A DNA stretch of 51,403 bases, filler included, from Dirinaria sp. TL-2023a (lineage: Eukaryota): the NCBI GenBank assembly GCA_051941275.1. It is 2 parts of 2 records of this genome, joined end to end, with 100 filler letters (N's around TTAATTAATTAA, not from the genome) between each part and the next. Parts side by side here need not be neighbours in the genome. Positions count along the whole stretch, not along the records: positions 1 to 25,688 come from JAVEBF010000171.1; 1 more part is not named here. One strand, 5' to 3'. Under the pieces are notes generated by a model that did not search any database, had not been told where the DNA came from, and saw only the letters and a program-made list of their open reading frames with translations. The position numbers were made by a program, and so were the translations under genes. This document shows, piece after piece, positions 10,701 through 24,679 of the stretch; within the stretch, counting starts at the first letter, position 1, and every line of letters begins with the position of its first letter.

Positions 10701-13700
10701 CATACTGAAGAAGCGGCCAGAGGAACCCAAGATTATACCGAGGATATCGCTTCGTAGCAAAGCGCTGCTGCTGGATCTCGAAGACGGTCCGTTCGAATGG
10801 AAGCTTGGATGCATCTACAAGACAGGCCTTCTTGAACAGAAGCAAAGAGCGGCACGGGAAGAAGCGTACAAAGCCAAGGTAAGGAATCTGGAGAGCCTTC
10901 GGCAGCGTCGGCAGCCCTCTCACCATCGCTCTCCATCTGCCGATCAGCTTCGCCGCGGTAGGAGTTACCGATCGGGGAGAGATCAGCCCAGTGGCCGGAG
11001 CAGTAGTGAGGATGCACCGAGGAGAGGGCGCGGCCATTCACCTTCCAAGGGAACGAAGAACATGCGATACAACCCGGATGGCGAGTGCGAGATGAGCAAA
11101 ACTGCTAAGGTGACCACTACAGAAGCTTGGCAACAACTTCAGCGTCACAATGCTCAAAGCTGGAAGAAGCGAATCGACACCACATATCGTATGCAAAATA
11201 AGGGTATCCGTGCTATTCGAGGCATGTTCTGGGGAGATGACGAGCATCCGTCTCCGGAGGACGAGAAGGAGCCTTTGCTATCGTTGAACGGACGTCCTGG
11301 CTTGATGACCGCTTTGATAAGCGACGTTCACGTGGTTCTGGACAAGCCCTCCTTTCCCATCAAGGAATATCCACATTTCTTACATAGGGTAGGAAAAGGT
11401 ATGCCCTACGATATGCAGTATACACTTATTATTCCACTCAACATCCAGATCGACATGGGAGAAGGCAGGGTGACGCTGCGAGATTACCCATTGCCCTTAC
11501 TTCACGTGCCCGCCATTAGACCTGGGCAGTCGCCGCGATTGCCCAGCTGGTCGATAAGGACTGATTTCGTCATCGCCGAGGAATACCGTGGTGATATATC
11601 TACCAAGCAAGTCCAGGTGGAAGTTATACCACCCGAAAAGGTCACGAATCCTGCAGTCTCCAGGCACGGCTTTGCCGTTGATGTTTACCGAACCGTGTCT
11701 CCTGTCAAGACCTATTCAGACGTCCAGATTACTATCAATACGAGTGCGCCAACAAGCATAACTTGGAGTACATCATATCAACCTGCTATTCAGGACATGA
11801 TGATGGTCATAGAGGGGTTTACCAAGCCTCAACTTGACCCTTCTGATCGTGTCGGCTTTTGGGACAAACTCCGCTTGAGCCAGCATTCTCGTATCAATGT
11901 AGCTTGGAGGGGCGACGGTGACGTCCATCTGAAACTGAAAGGTATATCCAACTAACTGATTGAATCGACCACTTGGATTAACTTGTACGCAGGTTCTCGG
12001 GATCCCTATGTCGTCACTGGTCACGGCGCTGGATTCATTATGTGCTGGCGGAACAGTGTGCAGTGGGGCATCCACCAGGATGATGATCCCAAGAAGTTCA
12101 TGAGCGTTACTAGCGGCGAGTATGTGCTGGCAATTCCAGACTACAGCCATCAGGCACGGGAGACACAGGCAGCTTCGGGCCACGATAGTGACAGTATCTC
12201 CAGTCGAAGCAGCACTAAAGGAGCTGCGATATTCAAGAAGGTGATCATGAAGCTCTCTGGGAATGTGCGCTGGCTTGCAGGTCTAGTCCTCGAACGTAAC
12301 GTCGATGTTGGAGGACGCTCTTTCAAATTCATACCCCATTACGACGTTATCTTGACGACTCCAGAGCGTGCAGTGGCACCTCCAGGTCAAGTAAGTCGAG
12401 TTCTGTCCTGGCAATGATGTAGGTGCTGATCATCTTCCAAGGCATACGACGCTTTCCGAGGGTTTCGGAGCAACCATATACATCTATCGGTCGCTGTAAC
12501 CGCTCCGCTGGACCGTGATTGGAACGTCAATAATCTCAAACCTTCAACAAGCTACAATACCGTGCATCTAACTCCAAGGTTCTTCACGCATTTCTTCAGC
12601 TGGTGGTCGCTGTTCTCTGGGATTATGTCCCTACCGATCAGGCAAGGAAAATTATTCCCTGGTATCGAAAAAACGAGCAAAAAATTTGGTAGGCACCTGG
12701 CCACTTTCAAGTACAGTCTGCTGCTCTCGCCCCTCTTCATCACCCACATGTACATTCACAAAGACGCCGAGGACTATACTGAGGACAAGGTGTCCGCGAC
12801 GGGTCTGAAGCTCCGTATTGATAGCTTCATGTTGGATCTCCATCAGCGTCGGGAGGAATTTGCAGCCCAGGGAAGAGGTCGTTCAAAGCAAATGAAAACG
12901 AGCGGCATGCGTATCAACCAAGCACAGCTCGATTTTATTACTGCCGATTTACGGGCGATCTCCGCTAGAATCGCAGGTACTTCTTCAGCCGAAGTAGAAC
13001 GGGCCTCGGACGCGGAGTTGGCGTCTTATCAGCAGCCTGGATTCACTGCCGATATGTCTCGCTTCACAATACCGGACAATGATTTCAGCTGGGTTGACAT
13101 GGATGACTTCGTCGAGCTAGACTGGGTCCTGCCAGCAGAATCAAATCCAGAAACGATGATCATGCCGCTAGGATTTGCACCAAGGTTTACCTATTATCGT
13201 CAGACCGACCATCAGGGATCAATTTCCGGGGATGTGAATAGAAGCAGTACTTTTGGCAATGAGCCAACCCATTACTGTGTAATGTCTCAAGACAACGACC
13301 CGAGGAAAGTCCAATGTCGCTTGATTCAAGAGCGTATTGACAGGATTGACGAGCAGCTAAAAGTCCATGAGCGGACGCTGGGTGAGCAGGAACTGCGTGT
13401 CGTGCGGGACGCAAACCGAGACGGGAGCCTCAAGGAAAGATTCGAAATGCTCCGTCACCAAGGCGATATCTTGAAGAGTAAAAGGAAGTTTCTGCAGAAA
13501 ATGTTTCTCCAGATTTCCAGTCGCTTGGAGCAGAATAGATCATGGACCTCTTCTGATGGAGACACTTGGGATCAGGATACCATTTCAGAACGGAGCAAGG
13601 ACCTGGATAGTGACGAAATTGAGACTGCCCCTTTGGCAAGCTTCATCAACGACTTCAACAATCGGTTCATCGTCCACAACGCGCAATTGAAATGGAACAA

Positions 13701-16542
13701 TGATCTTCGTAACATCATCCTACGATATGTCCATCAAGTAAGTCAGCGGCGAGGATTTATCTATTACATGACGCGTAGGGCAGTGAAGTTCATTCTCGAC
13801 ATAGTGGAGGAGCAGAACAAGAGCAAGCATGCGCATTCAGACCAGTCCAATGTTGAGACTCCGGCGTCTGAAGACGTTCCCGAGGTGACGTCGAAGGAAT
13901 CAAAGAACGAACCCAGTGTAGAAGAGCGTATACAAGGACTTCTGAATGACGGGAAACGTTTTGTCAATGCTGATGACCCAAGTCGATCTGGAGGCGCTCA
14001 AGAGCCGGATAATACAAGTATGGGCAAGGACATCTCCAAAGAGTTCACACCGTTGAACTCATATCATGTTCGTCTGATTGCCCCGCAGATTCAGTTGCAG
14101 AGCGATAAGAACGCCAAATCCGTGCTCTTGGTCACTGCGAAGGGCATGCAATTGAAAGTCTTGCAAGTTATGGACAAGGACCGCATGGCAGACGATGTTA
14201 GCGGCCTTGTGCAGCGTCGATTCTCCATCGACATGGATAGTGTGCAGTTCTTCGTCTCAACCCAAAAGTCACTCATGGCAGTCCTCAATCTCCACTCAGG
14301 GAACCGTTATGGCGCACCGAAAGGATCGGCTTGGCCACCATGGGTTCCTTTTGAAGTCAATTTTGACTTCGAGCTCAATCCATTTGGCTTCTCGAGGGTG
14401 GTCCAGAAGACATCTGCGAGCCTTCGCTACGACAAGTACAACACCCTCCGCTTGAAATACAATGACGAAGTCAGTAGCAGAGAGTCAGCAAATACCCATT
14501 CACCTGAGAGTGCAGAAGGGCGCATCGACCACCTCTGGGTTAACTTTCCACAAATTCGAGCGATTTGCGATTCGACACAATACTACGCCATGTACGTCAT
14601 AGTACTCGACCTCCTTTTGTATAGTGAACCACTGGAAAAGGTTCGAAGCGAAAAGTTAGAGAAGATCATGCTAGCGTCCGACTTCAGCGACCTCCGCGGC
14701 ACACCAGAGATGGTCATAAACCTCCAAGATAGGATACGGCAGCTGGAAGAAATCAAAACAAATTTCCAGGTCCATGCCAAATTTTTGGACCGACGAGGCT
14801 GGCAAGATCGATTAGCAATTGAACAGGATCTTGCTAGGTGTGAAGATGAACTTTTCTTTGTGATGAAGGCCATCACAACCTCCCAACGCAAGAACGAGGA
14901 CCGTGGTCAAACTTCGCAGACTACCGGACTGCTCCGATGGTACATGACGGCCTCTGAGATTGTGTGGCACTTGATGAGAGACAAGAACGAACCATTGATG
15001 GAAATTCAACTCCAGAAGGCGGTATACGATCGCACAGATCATAGTGATGGCTCCAACTTCAATTCAATGCTAATTGAGCGTATTCATGGTCTGAATCTTC
15101 TACCAGACGCTCTGTACCCCGAAATGATAGCTCCTTATACTGAGATTGGCAAGTCGTTGGACAACGACCAGCAATTGAGGATGTTACAGGTCCATTGGCA
15201 TATGCTTGAGGCTATTGCAGGTATTCCGGTCTTGGACCAGTTTGAGGTTAATCTTTTCCCCTTAAAAGTCCAATTGGAAAGAGAGATTGGCAAGAAGCTG
15301 TTCGAGTATATCTTCCCGGGCATTGATTCCGCAAATGGTCAGAACGGCTCATTCTCACCCTTTCTGGTTAAAAACATGCAGCCGACCCAGGATGAAGATG
15401 GCGACTCGGACCCTGAAATAGAGCACGCTGTATCGGAGTTCCCTAATCTTGAGAACAATTCAAGTGAAGATCAACGCCTGCGTCCTGGATCTCTGGAGAT
15501 GCGACTACGGCCCACACATGGCTTTGCAACTAGTAGTCAACATCATTTGGCTTTAGGCAAAAAATCAGATCATGTGGTACACAGTAAAGGAAATACACAT
15601 CACTTTCGACCGTTCCACAGTACCCGATCCCACTCTGCATCGAGAGCTGCCGGGATTCACTCATCATCCCGACAAGTGTCGCGGGAAAGTCTACCAGCAC
15701 TTGCACGCCAAGCGAACAACGCGTCCTCATCGAACTTGTCGCAAATGAACGGTAATGCGGAGAAATCGAGGAGATTCGGTCTGCACCGTAGCATGAGCCA
15801 TAATCAAGAAACCGAGGAAAAACCGTCCGACGATCTGGGGCAGATGATGGCCCGAGCTTCCAACTATATGACGCTGGCCTATGTCAAGATCCCTTCGGTT
15901 GTTCTATGCTTGAGTTACAAAGGTCGGGGTGAGCGCAATATCGAGGACGTCCATAATTTCGTCTTTCGTATGCCGGTGCTAGAATACCGCAATAAAACAT
16001 GGTCAAATCTTGACCTGGCCTTGCGACTGAAGAAGGATGTCATCAGGGCCTTGATCTCTCACACAGGAGCCATCATTGGCAACAAGTTCTCGAAGCAGCG
16101 TCCCAGCAAGTATCAACAGAGCCGGCTTCGCGAATTTGCCACGGCTTCCTCCTTGCTACCTAATACCACGAGTCTACTCAACATGCAGAACAAAGAAAGG
16201 AGCGGGAGCGCGCGCGATTCAAGCCCGCCTTACTCTGTCACCTCTCGGAGCAGTACTCTTGTACGGTCTAGTTCGTACGGATCGAACTTACGTAGCTCTG
16301 TGGCATCGTCTAGCGGCGCTTTTGGGTCCGAGAGCCCTTCGATCGTGGAATCACAAGATGAGGGGGATGATAGTGGAGAGTTGAACCAAAGGCCAAGTGC
16401 ACTGCACCGGAACGCCTTCACGCGGCGCTTCACGAGTGAAAGTCCCGGGAAGTCGAATACGAGTGGCGAAGAAGGAGAAGATAGCAGTCGCAAAAAGAGC
16501 GTCCTGCTGCTTGGGAAAAAGTTTCTTGGCTCCAAGAGCTGA
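7711..16542 (+). CDS. FMP27: Fmp27/Hobbit/BLTP2 bridge-like lipid transfer protein (~2909 aa, 3 exons)
   Basis: Three ORFs are joined by 51-nt introns at 11942-11992 and 12391-12441, giving 8730 nt in frame. It has an N-terminal TM anchor followed by LRIATGISIQRIGYFSLRRI, the family motifs GFWDK (DRVGFWDKLRL), SWKKRI, WPPW (GSAWPPWVPFE) and YDAFRGFRS, and an Apt1-like C-terminal region (EYRNKTWSNLDLALRLKKD). Confidence 0.93.
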
Positions 16543-16756
16543 GCATTTTAGCCTCCCCCCGAGGTACTCTGTACAATTTCTGGATATGGGAGGCTGGATA
16601 CGGGAGGGAGATTGTGACTTGCATAGCGCCGGCGCTGAGCTCAGATTTAGGTGGACCCTTGAGCTGGTGGCGCTCGAGCTGCCGCTTTCCCAGAGCACGA
16701 TTTATGTACATACTTTATTGGGTTTACGTGAGGCTACGTGGAGCCTGCTCCGTGCT

Positions 16757-16777
16757 CATCATCATCATCATCATCAT
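16757..16777. repeat. (CAT)7 microsatellite downstream of FMP27
   Basis: CATCATCATCATCATCATCAT read directly. Confidence 0.9.
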
Positions 16778-18446
16778 CAGCCTTGGTGAAATCTAGCAAA
16801 ATCTATGCGAACTACAAATACGTCCGACTTCGTTACGGCATCCACTCCATACGCAAATACTAGCAGTCAGAATCGTTGACATCTGTAGCGCGTCTTGTTT
16901 ACTTTAGCAGACCGATGAGATCTTCGATCCGAACATTTGGGACACACGGCAATCCCAGGTCGATCTCCGGCAAACTTTGCCCTTGGAAAGTCACTTGCTC
17001 GCTATGAGTTGCTTTTTTTTTTTTGGATGGCGCTAGGCAATTAAGTTGCTAATGGTGTGCAGTGCCGGTAGTGCTTACATTACCTAGGAGGTAATCGCGC
17101 CCTCGGTATATTCTTCCTCTCGGAATTCTTTCTCTGCCCCTGGTCGTCCAAAAGCGTACATCGTCCGGAGCGTCTTCTAATCATTTTGTAATAATTCTTT
17201 GACTGTATAACGATTGATTCTACCTTTTGATACCTTTTTTTGTTTTGTTTTTCGTGTCTTGCTGGGCCTTAACGATCCATACTTTCCACGGCAATTAGGC
17301 AGATTATTACCAATATCTGCTTCTATATGGCTGGGAGAATGTGAGCTGACATCACTTGGCAGCTGAAACTCCATGTGACGCCGTATCTCTCTGAGCTTAT
17401 CTGTGATGCTACTTCGCGCGGCAACCTTGTCATTCGATTATTGGTGCATCTTTCAAAATCGACGCATCGACCGAAATCGCGAAATGGCCCCCAGGTTGTA
17501 GTGGCTGTCGGGCGTCTCTTGTTTCAGGTGCCGCATCCCGCACTTACTCTCCTCCCATCCTGTTTTCACTGCTACATCCTTTTCTTACACCCTCGCTCGC
17601 GCCTTATATTTTGTATGGCCTTGCAAAATGCCGAGCGTGGGCCACCATTGCACCACCGTTAATGCTTGAATCTACTTGGTCCATGCACAAGCTTTCAGCC
17701 GGCTCTCGCAAGCCACAGATTGGTGCTGGTCAAGGCGCCGTCACGGCGTCGCCATATGGACCGCGCAAGCTCAGATCATCGCAAGATCGCTCAATAACGT
17801 ACATAGATGCCGCCTATGTGCCTGATTCCTGGCGTGAAGCTTGATGTTGTATGGCTCGTCTTTCCGTTCGTTTCCCTCCGGCGCAGCCCAAGAAGCCTGT
17901 ACTTCAATAGGAACATGGAGTGAAGGGTTAGCCTTGGGGAAAAGGCTTCCCGCCCCATAGCTGCCCACGACTTGAAAGGCTAGCCTTCCCTTGCGCTCTC
18001 TACAAGTTTCATGGTTCAGTCTCCTCCCTCTTTCTCAGTATCGTTGATTCACTCACCCGCACCTTTCATCCAGCGTCGACCAGTAAGCCGGTTGGCTATA
18101 GAAGTCTCATAATCCCACAGCATATCATTATTTTCTCGGCGCGAATTCTGCAAGTATCGCCACGTGGAATCGCTCGACATCTATCTTTAAGCATTGAATC
18201 TCGACAACCTCGCAATATTTGTCGAAGTTGGTTCTGACTCTGCTGACGACGTGGAACTCGAAAGTCTGCTCAGAACGCTAGAGAAGCTCATAAGAAGAGA
18301 ATGGTCGGCTAGGCTGACTGTTCGAAAGCAGTTCAGCGCTCCTTGTTCCTACTGATCTGAGAAGTCGGGCGTTCGGTAACCTTGACGACGCTCTTGCTGA
18401 TGCTCTTTGGGGCAGCAATCGCTAGAGCCTTCTATCGATTGTGATT

Positions 18447-20417
18447 ATGGTCTATCTCAACCCCGAAGGCAACAACTTCGGCTCTGAGAACCTCGACGGC
18501 TATGGAATCTCCAGGATTGTCTTCGGTGTCACCTACTCCCTCTTCTTCTATGCATCATGCATATTCCTATGGATCTACCGCAAACACCCTGTGGTTAAGA
18601 TGCGAAATGTGCCGTTGCTCCTGATGTCGCTTTTGACCCTCCACGTTTTCCTGTTCATGGTATTCGTTATTTACACACTCAACGGGGCTTTCCTTTGCCA
18701 AGTCGAGTACTGGTGGATGAGTATATATTTGCCTATCGGCATTGGCCTGTTCCAAGCTCAGAACCAACAATTGCTAGTCATTAGCTCACGGCAAAACAAA
18801 TTACTTGTTAGCAATGAGCTATTCAAGTCGTTGCCGCCGAAACCCAGGAGAGGGGCCGGGGATCTCAATTACTGGATGTTCCGCCTGAGATGCTGGTGGA
18901 CGGATGTGCGTACGACCAGAAAGTATGAGATGTATGTGGCAGTGGGAATCATCGTACAGGTAGGCTGCGTGCGATATGCTTGATGCCCTGGACACTGTTG
19001 AACGGTGCGGACTTAGTTCATCGTCTCCTTCATCATCTACAACATATCTCGGAAATTCAATCACTATGGTGTGGTCTCGAAGCATGAATCTCCAGCACTG
19101 TGCCGTCGAGGCTGGGAATGGTATGTAGAGAGCTTTGACGAAGAACGGCTGGAAGAAAACTAATTTAATCACAGGGCGCCGTCACTCATCTGGCAATTCC
19201 TATGGAATTACGTCTTTGGGCCTTACCTTCTTTGGAAGATTCGGTTGATTCGAGATATCTACCATTGGCGACTGCAAACCACACTCGCAATCATCGCAGG
19301 GTAATAACACACAGCAAACATAGTGAACTTTATTGACGCTGCCAGACTCCCTGGAACGCCGCTCTGGCTGGCGAGTGTCAACAGCAATAGCTTTGTTCCA
19401 GTGAGCAAGTACTGGATTCCACCAATGTGGTATGTCTGCTACATACCCCTTTTCCATCGTGAATGGAGTCTGACCAAGCTGCTGAGAAGGTTTGCCCCGG
19501 GCATGATGACAATGGAGATCGTCACCCTCGGTTTCCCCATCTACCAAATATACAAGAACAAAAAAGCCGCTCGCGAAACGCACCGCGCTCTCGCTGCATT
19601 TGACCAAAAGCGCCCGAGCTCCATCGACAACTCCACTACCACAGACTCCCTAAGTACGCGCTCTACGACATCTAAACGCCGTAAAATGTTCTCCATGGAG
19701 TCGCTCGATTCATGCCTCTCCAGCTCCTACAATAGTCTCCAAGTCTATGCCTCCTGCATGGAGCTCAACGGCGAAAACATCATTTTCCTAACGCGCGTGC
19801 TCGAATTTAAGCGCCAATGCGAGAAAGTCTTCCAGGCAACCTGCAAATCCACCACTGACTTCCAGCGCGCACGCACCGCCATTTTCCGCGTCGGTCTCAG
19901 CATCTTCATCTCCCTCGTCCATTCCCGTACAGCCTCTTACCCGATCAACATCGAATCCACAATATACAATCGCCTTGATGCCATCTTTGGCTCCGCTACC
20001 GCTCTCGTCGCCAGCAAGAGGAAAGGCCATCGCAGCCCGTCTATCGCTTCTGGCATCTCGGATCCCACGCCCTGGGACGAGCCGCCTAGTTCCATTAAAG
20101 ACGAGTCCGCTCCTGCGTACCCTATGCAGGCTATGAATAGCCACCGGCATCTGTCGCTTCCGGGGACTGGCAGGAAGAACATCGTCCGCACAGATAGCTG
20201 CGAGCATATTATCGACCAAGGCCTTGCGAAGAGTGACGGAGCTGATAACATGGAACGGGATAAGGATCCATTAGACGGTGTAAAAGTGCCGGCGGATTTT
20301 GACGAAAGGGTCTTCGATCCCGCGTTCCGGAGCGTGAGGTATATGGTCTGGACAGAGACGTGGCAACGGTTCATGAATTGGAAGAACAAAGGCGGGTTTG
20401 TGGAAAATCATGCGTAG
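18447..20417 (+). CDS. GprK-like membrane protein: multiple TM helices fused to a C-terminal RGS domain (~584 aa, 5 exons)
   Basis: Introns at 18960-19016, 19121-19174, 19301-19345 and 19430-19489 give 1755 nt in frame. Hydrophobic helices include CRRGWEWAPS and IRDIYHWRLQT. RGS-like motifs are ELNGENIIFL, ASYPINIES and VFDPAFRSVRYMVWTETWQRFM. The architecture matches Aspergillus GprK and Magnaporthe Rgs7/Rgs8. Confidence 0.85.
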
Positions 20418-21074
20418 AGAGATGGGATGCATACCTGGAAGCGGAAATCTTGGCGGGAATTCTATGGGTCTCTATCAATGAGCGGGATAGCATGGCGTAT
20501 CGGGATTGTAAGAACTGCTGTATACCAATCCGAGCTGAGCTCAGGAAAGATTTGTTACTGGGCACAATGTGGAATTTGATATTTTCGTCCTATATCAGAG
20601 ACTATAGTTTATTCTCTTGTAGGGAGTGAGAGGTAAAATTATCCAGCAATTTCGTGTCTAGGCTCATATTCCTACATGTATCTTACCTTAAGAGGAAAGG
20701 GTCGTTGTGCCTCGGGGATATTTCGGGCCGGACCGCGCGAGAGAAACTGCCAAGGGCCGCCTGGGGCGGAGGGGCGCTACTAAGTGAGACCTCTCGGACG
20801 AGGCTGACAGCTCGTCGAGCTGAACGCTTTCTTTTTGGCACACTTCTTCACTGCAAAAATCGCATTCCGTTGTCGTCTATCGAGAGTCTTTTCAAGGTGC
20901 TCAGCTTCTCGGATCAGTTGAGAGTATCTCATCGCTGAAGGATGATCTCGTGGAAAGATCTTTGTCGTGACTTGGCTCCAGACATGCTCGAGCAACGCAC
21001 TACTGACTAGTGTACTGCTCTATCGTCAACCCTTGCTATACTATATACTTTGGACTTCGATTCGTGTCTCGACT

Positions 21075-24000
21075 ATGGACCCGATTACTGCTTTCTCCAT
21101 CGCTTGCGGCATTATACAGATCCTTGACTTCAGCACGAAGGTAGTTTCCAAGTGTCGCGAGATCTATAAGGACGGTTCGACGTCCGAACATGCGCAGCTA
21201 CGAGCCATGGCCGAGCATCTAACCTCGCTCCAATCCGAAGGTACAAGGATCACTCAAACCACCTCGTGTGGTCAGACTGGCTTTTCGGCGAGTGACAAGG
21301 AGCTTATGATACTCGCTCAGCAGTGCTCCACCATTGCCGGGACGCTTGTTGATGAGCTTCAGAGTTTGGAAGCCAATGTTTCGCACAGCTATCGCCAAGC
21401 TTTGAAATTGATGATGAAAGCGATGAAGAAGAAGAGCAAAATCGAGAGACTACAAAAGTAGTTAGATCAGTATCGGCAGGTCATGGATACAAAGCTCTTG
21501 AAGGATTTGTGGTGAGTAGAAAACCATACTCAAAACTTTTTCCTTTGAGCGTGAGTCAATAAAGCTATTTGGGCACTTGTATACACGGTCCAGCTGTAAC
21601 AGCAAGAAAGTAGTGGTTGAAGCTTGTCTATATAGTCTTTGCCTGATCCTGCAACCGTATGGTATTCTACATTCAAGCTTGTCCTTATCTGAGTCCCTAG
21701 TTCTTTGTCAAATGTGTTCACTAATCTTGTTCAAGAGAACGCGCAATACGCAACTCTATCCAGCAAGCTGAGAACTTTAACAAACTGGACAACAATATTA
21801 GAGCACTGGTCAGTGGCCTTACACGAGGGCAAACAACAATAGACGAGTTGAAGCAGTTTCTGAAACAAAGTGATGAAGCAACCAAGCAGCATATCACCCA
21901 TGAATTTCGTCAACTTGAGCTAAGTTTGTCCGAGAAGGAATACCGGCAAAAATTTCTTGAGAGCTTATGGTTTCCTGAGATCAACGCGAGAGAGGAACGT
22001 ATCAAAGATGCCCACAAAAACACTTACGAATGGATATTCCGGACAGCTGACAGTGCAGCCCCATGTTGGAGCAATTTCGATCAGTGGCTCAGAAACGGGA
22101 GCGATATCTACTGCATCAGTGGAAAGGCTGGCTCTGGCAAGTCCACGCTGATGAGATATATATGCGACCATGATCGGACTAGATCTTCGTTGGAGGAATG
22201 GTCGATTCCCAGGGAGTGTATTATAGTGACACATTTCTTCTGGAAACCGGGAAGCGTATTGCAGAAGACGTTTGAAGGATTATATCGGTCACTTCTGCAT
22301 CATATACTAAGCCAATGTCCTCACATTATCCCTACCTTAAAACCGAAGAACTCTCGTTTAAATTCTGATCACGAACCTATTGCGGCGTGGACCGATGCAC
22401 GACTTAAAAATACGCTTTGTAAGGCGATTGAAGAGGTTTCTAAGACTCAAAGCCTTTGGTTTCTGATTGACGGGCTCGATGAGCTCAGTCATGACCACGA
22501 AGATCTGGTAGCATTCATCAAGGATGTCCTGATATCTGAAAGGGCTAAGGCTTGCGTTTCCAGCCGGCCTCTCAGATCCTTCTACAACACTTTAAGTTCT
22601 TCGCCAATGCTCAGGCTTCAGGACTTGACCAGGAATGATATTACGGCATACGTTCTTGACTCTCTGCACCGTGAGGATGATTCAGAAATTGCTCCCATAG
22701 CTACGAATATAGTAGACAGGGCAGAAGGCGTCTTCCTCTGGGCAACTTTGGTCGTCAAGGAGGTGAACACAGGCCTAAAGAACGAAGACAGCCTCGAAAC
22801 TCTTGGAAAACGAATCAATTCGTTACCGGCGGAGGTTGAGGATTTGTATGCTCATATGCTGGCCCAAATAGACCATCTGTATAAAGGCGAGGCAGCCCGA
22901 TGTTTTCACCTTGCTCTCTATGGTTTTGATGTAGATAACTTTGACCTCCTTGCAATATCTCTGGCAGTGCACGAAGAACAAGATAATAGCCCGCTATCAT
23001 TTTCCAAGTTTTCCGTTAAAGAATCGATAGGTCTTTGCCAACGAGTAAAAAGACGCTTACCCACTATATGCGCTGGTTTGCTCGAAGTCTCTGAGGATTC
23101 ATGGTCTCGCCAAACCTTCACCGAGAACTATGAAATGGGAGTAAGTTGGGAATTTGCTGACCCGCACGCCGAGCTGAAAGAGCCGAGCCAAGAATTATGG
23201 GAACTCACTGATCTGTTATGTACCACGAGAGTGGACTGGATACATCGCACAGCGGCTGACTTTTTCTTCCGACACGGGGGGAGGGGAGGACATTTCCTAG
23301 ACGCTAACACACCATCTTCGTTCTCAGTTACAACGGTGGAGCTCAAGACAGCAATTGCTGCATGTAGGCTCATTGGAGCTATTGATAAAACAACTCTAGA
23401 AGGCGACTGGACAGACCACCTCCCCCGGATCATGAGCATTGCTTCCCGGAGCGAGGAGTCATCAGATGTCGCACAGACTGCTTTGTGCGACTATGTATGT
23501 CAGTCCCTCCAAACCATTGAACAGCAAGCCCGCACCCGTTCAACTGCTCGACCGGAATTGCACTTGCCCTGGAAAGGCGATGCTTACAAACATCGTCAGA
23601 TGCAAGATTCAGACGAGGAATTAGAGCTATCTGAAGACGACGAGAATCAGCCGCGAAGAGAATATTACGGGCCAAGAGCTAAAGTTCACTCTGAATTGCT
23701 TTCAATTTTTCCGGCGTGGGAAGCCGAGAATACAAGTGAACCAAGGGACCACAGCACATTTTGGTCGAATGCCGAATTTGAATTTCTCTGCTATGCTGCT
23801 TCCAATGGCGTTCTACTCTACGTAAAGGCTCGGCTTGACGCCGATTCGAATCTCGCAAATGAAGGGATAGCAGCAACTCAACTACTAGCCTGCTATTGCA
23901 TGGGTTTAAAGAGCGTCATTGATGAGAATTTTTTCGGTACTCCCCTACCATCTGATTTTAACCGAATCGAAGCCCTTTCTGAGCTCTTGAGGCGTGGAGC

Positions 24001-24679
24001 GGACCCAAATGCTGGACTAGTCGAGGGAGGAGCTCCTGTAAGGTGGAGTACTACTATCTGGGGTCTATTCTTGCAATCAATGATCTACAGTTCTAGATAT
24101 AGAACAGTGTTGAAAGCGAGAGATGGGACCGTCGAAATCTATTGGAATTCAGACGACGTGAAAGCCTGGTCAAAACCCGTCAAAGACTTTCTTGACTACG
24201 GCGCCGATATCCAGCACATATGCAGTCTTCGCATAAGACGATTTCATTCGTTCAATGCCATGGAATCTTTACCTGCCAATATTTTTAAGGAATTTGAGCG
24301 AGCAGGGCTCACAGAAAGTTTTATTTACATTAATATACAAGGAACTGCTGCTTCATTACTGAAATGGTGTCCTGGTGTTTGTGGAAGATTCGAACCCGCA
24401 GCCATTAGGGATGAAATTGTCTCTCGAAGATCGCAGCCCAATATTGTTGGTGGTCAATTATTGGTCCTTCCCGCCCCCCCTGATAAAAAATTAGGTCCAT
24501 ATGCTCTGTCAAAGCAACAAACAGTCCACATTCTCGAATTAGACCCGTGTATAGCTCATAAGATGTGTTCCTATAATTCGATAAATGGTCATGAACCTGG
24601 GTATGAACCGTTGTTGACTTACCTTTGTGAATTGATGCTCGATTTCAAACACCGCAAGAACTCCGCTGCAGAAATATAA
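21075..24679 (+). pseudogene. Fungal NLR-like STAND gene (SesA/HeLo-like N-terminus, NACHT, degenerate ankyrin-like C-terminus) with a premature stop in the N-terminal exon
   Basis: N-terminus MDPITAFSIACGIIQILDF is typical of the fungal STAND N-terminal domain. TAG at 21459-21461 is followed by in-frame LDQYRQVMDTKLLKDL and a GTGAGT donor at 21512. The exon from 21736 is open to 24679 with Walker A GKAGSGKST, Walker B LIDGLDE, CVSSRP, LRLQDLT, AEGVFLW, HRTA and ELLRRGADPN. It may be a split or alternatively spliced gene rather than a dead one. Confidence 0.75.

Noticed and set aside
16230..16796. Short ORFs at the FMP27 3' end, including a poly-His ending
   Set aside because: They are alternative-frame overlaps, and the His run is just the (CAT)7 microsatellite.
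16800..18440. Short ORFs and possible uORFs upstream of the GprK-like gene
   Set aside because: No recognisable motifs or consistent splice model, and the transcription start is unknown. Treated as promoter/5' region.
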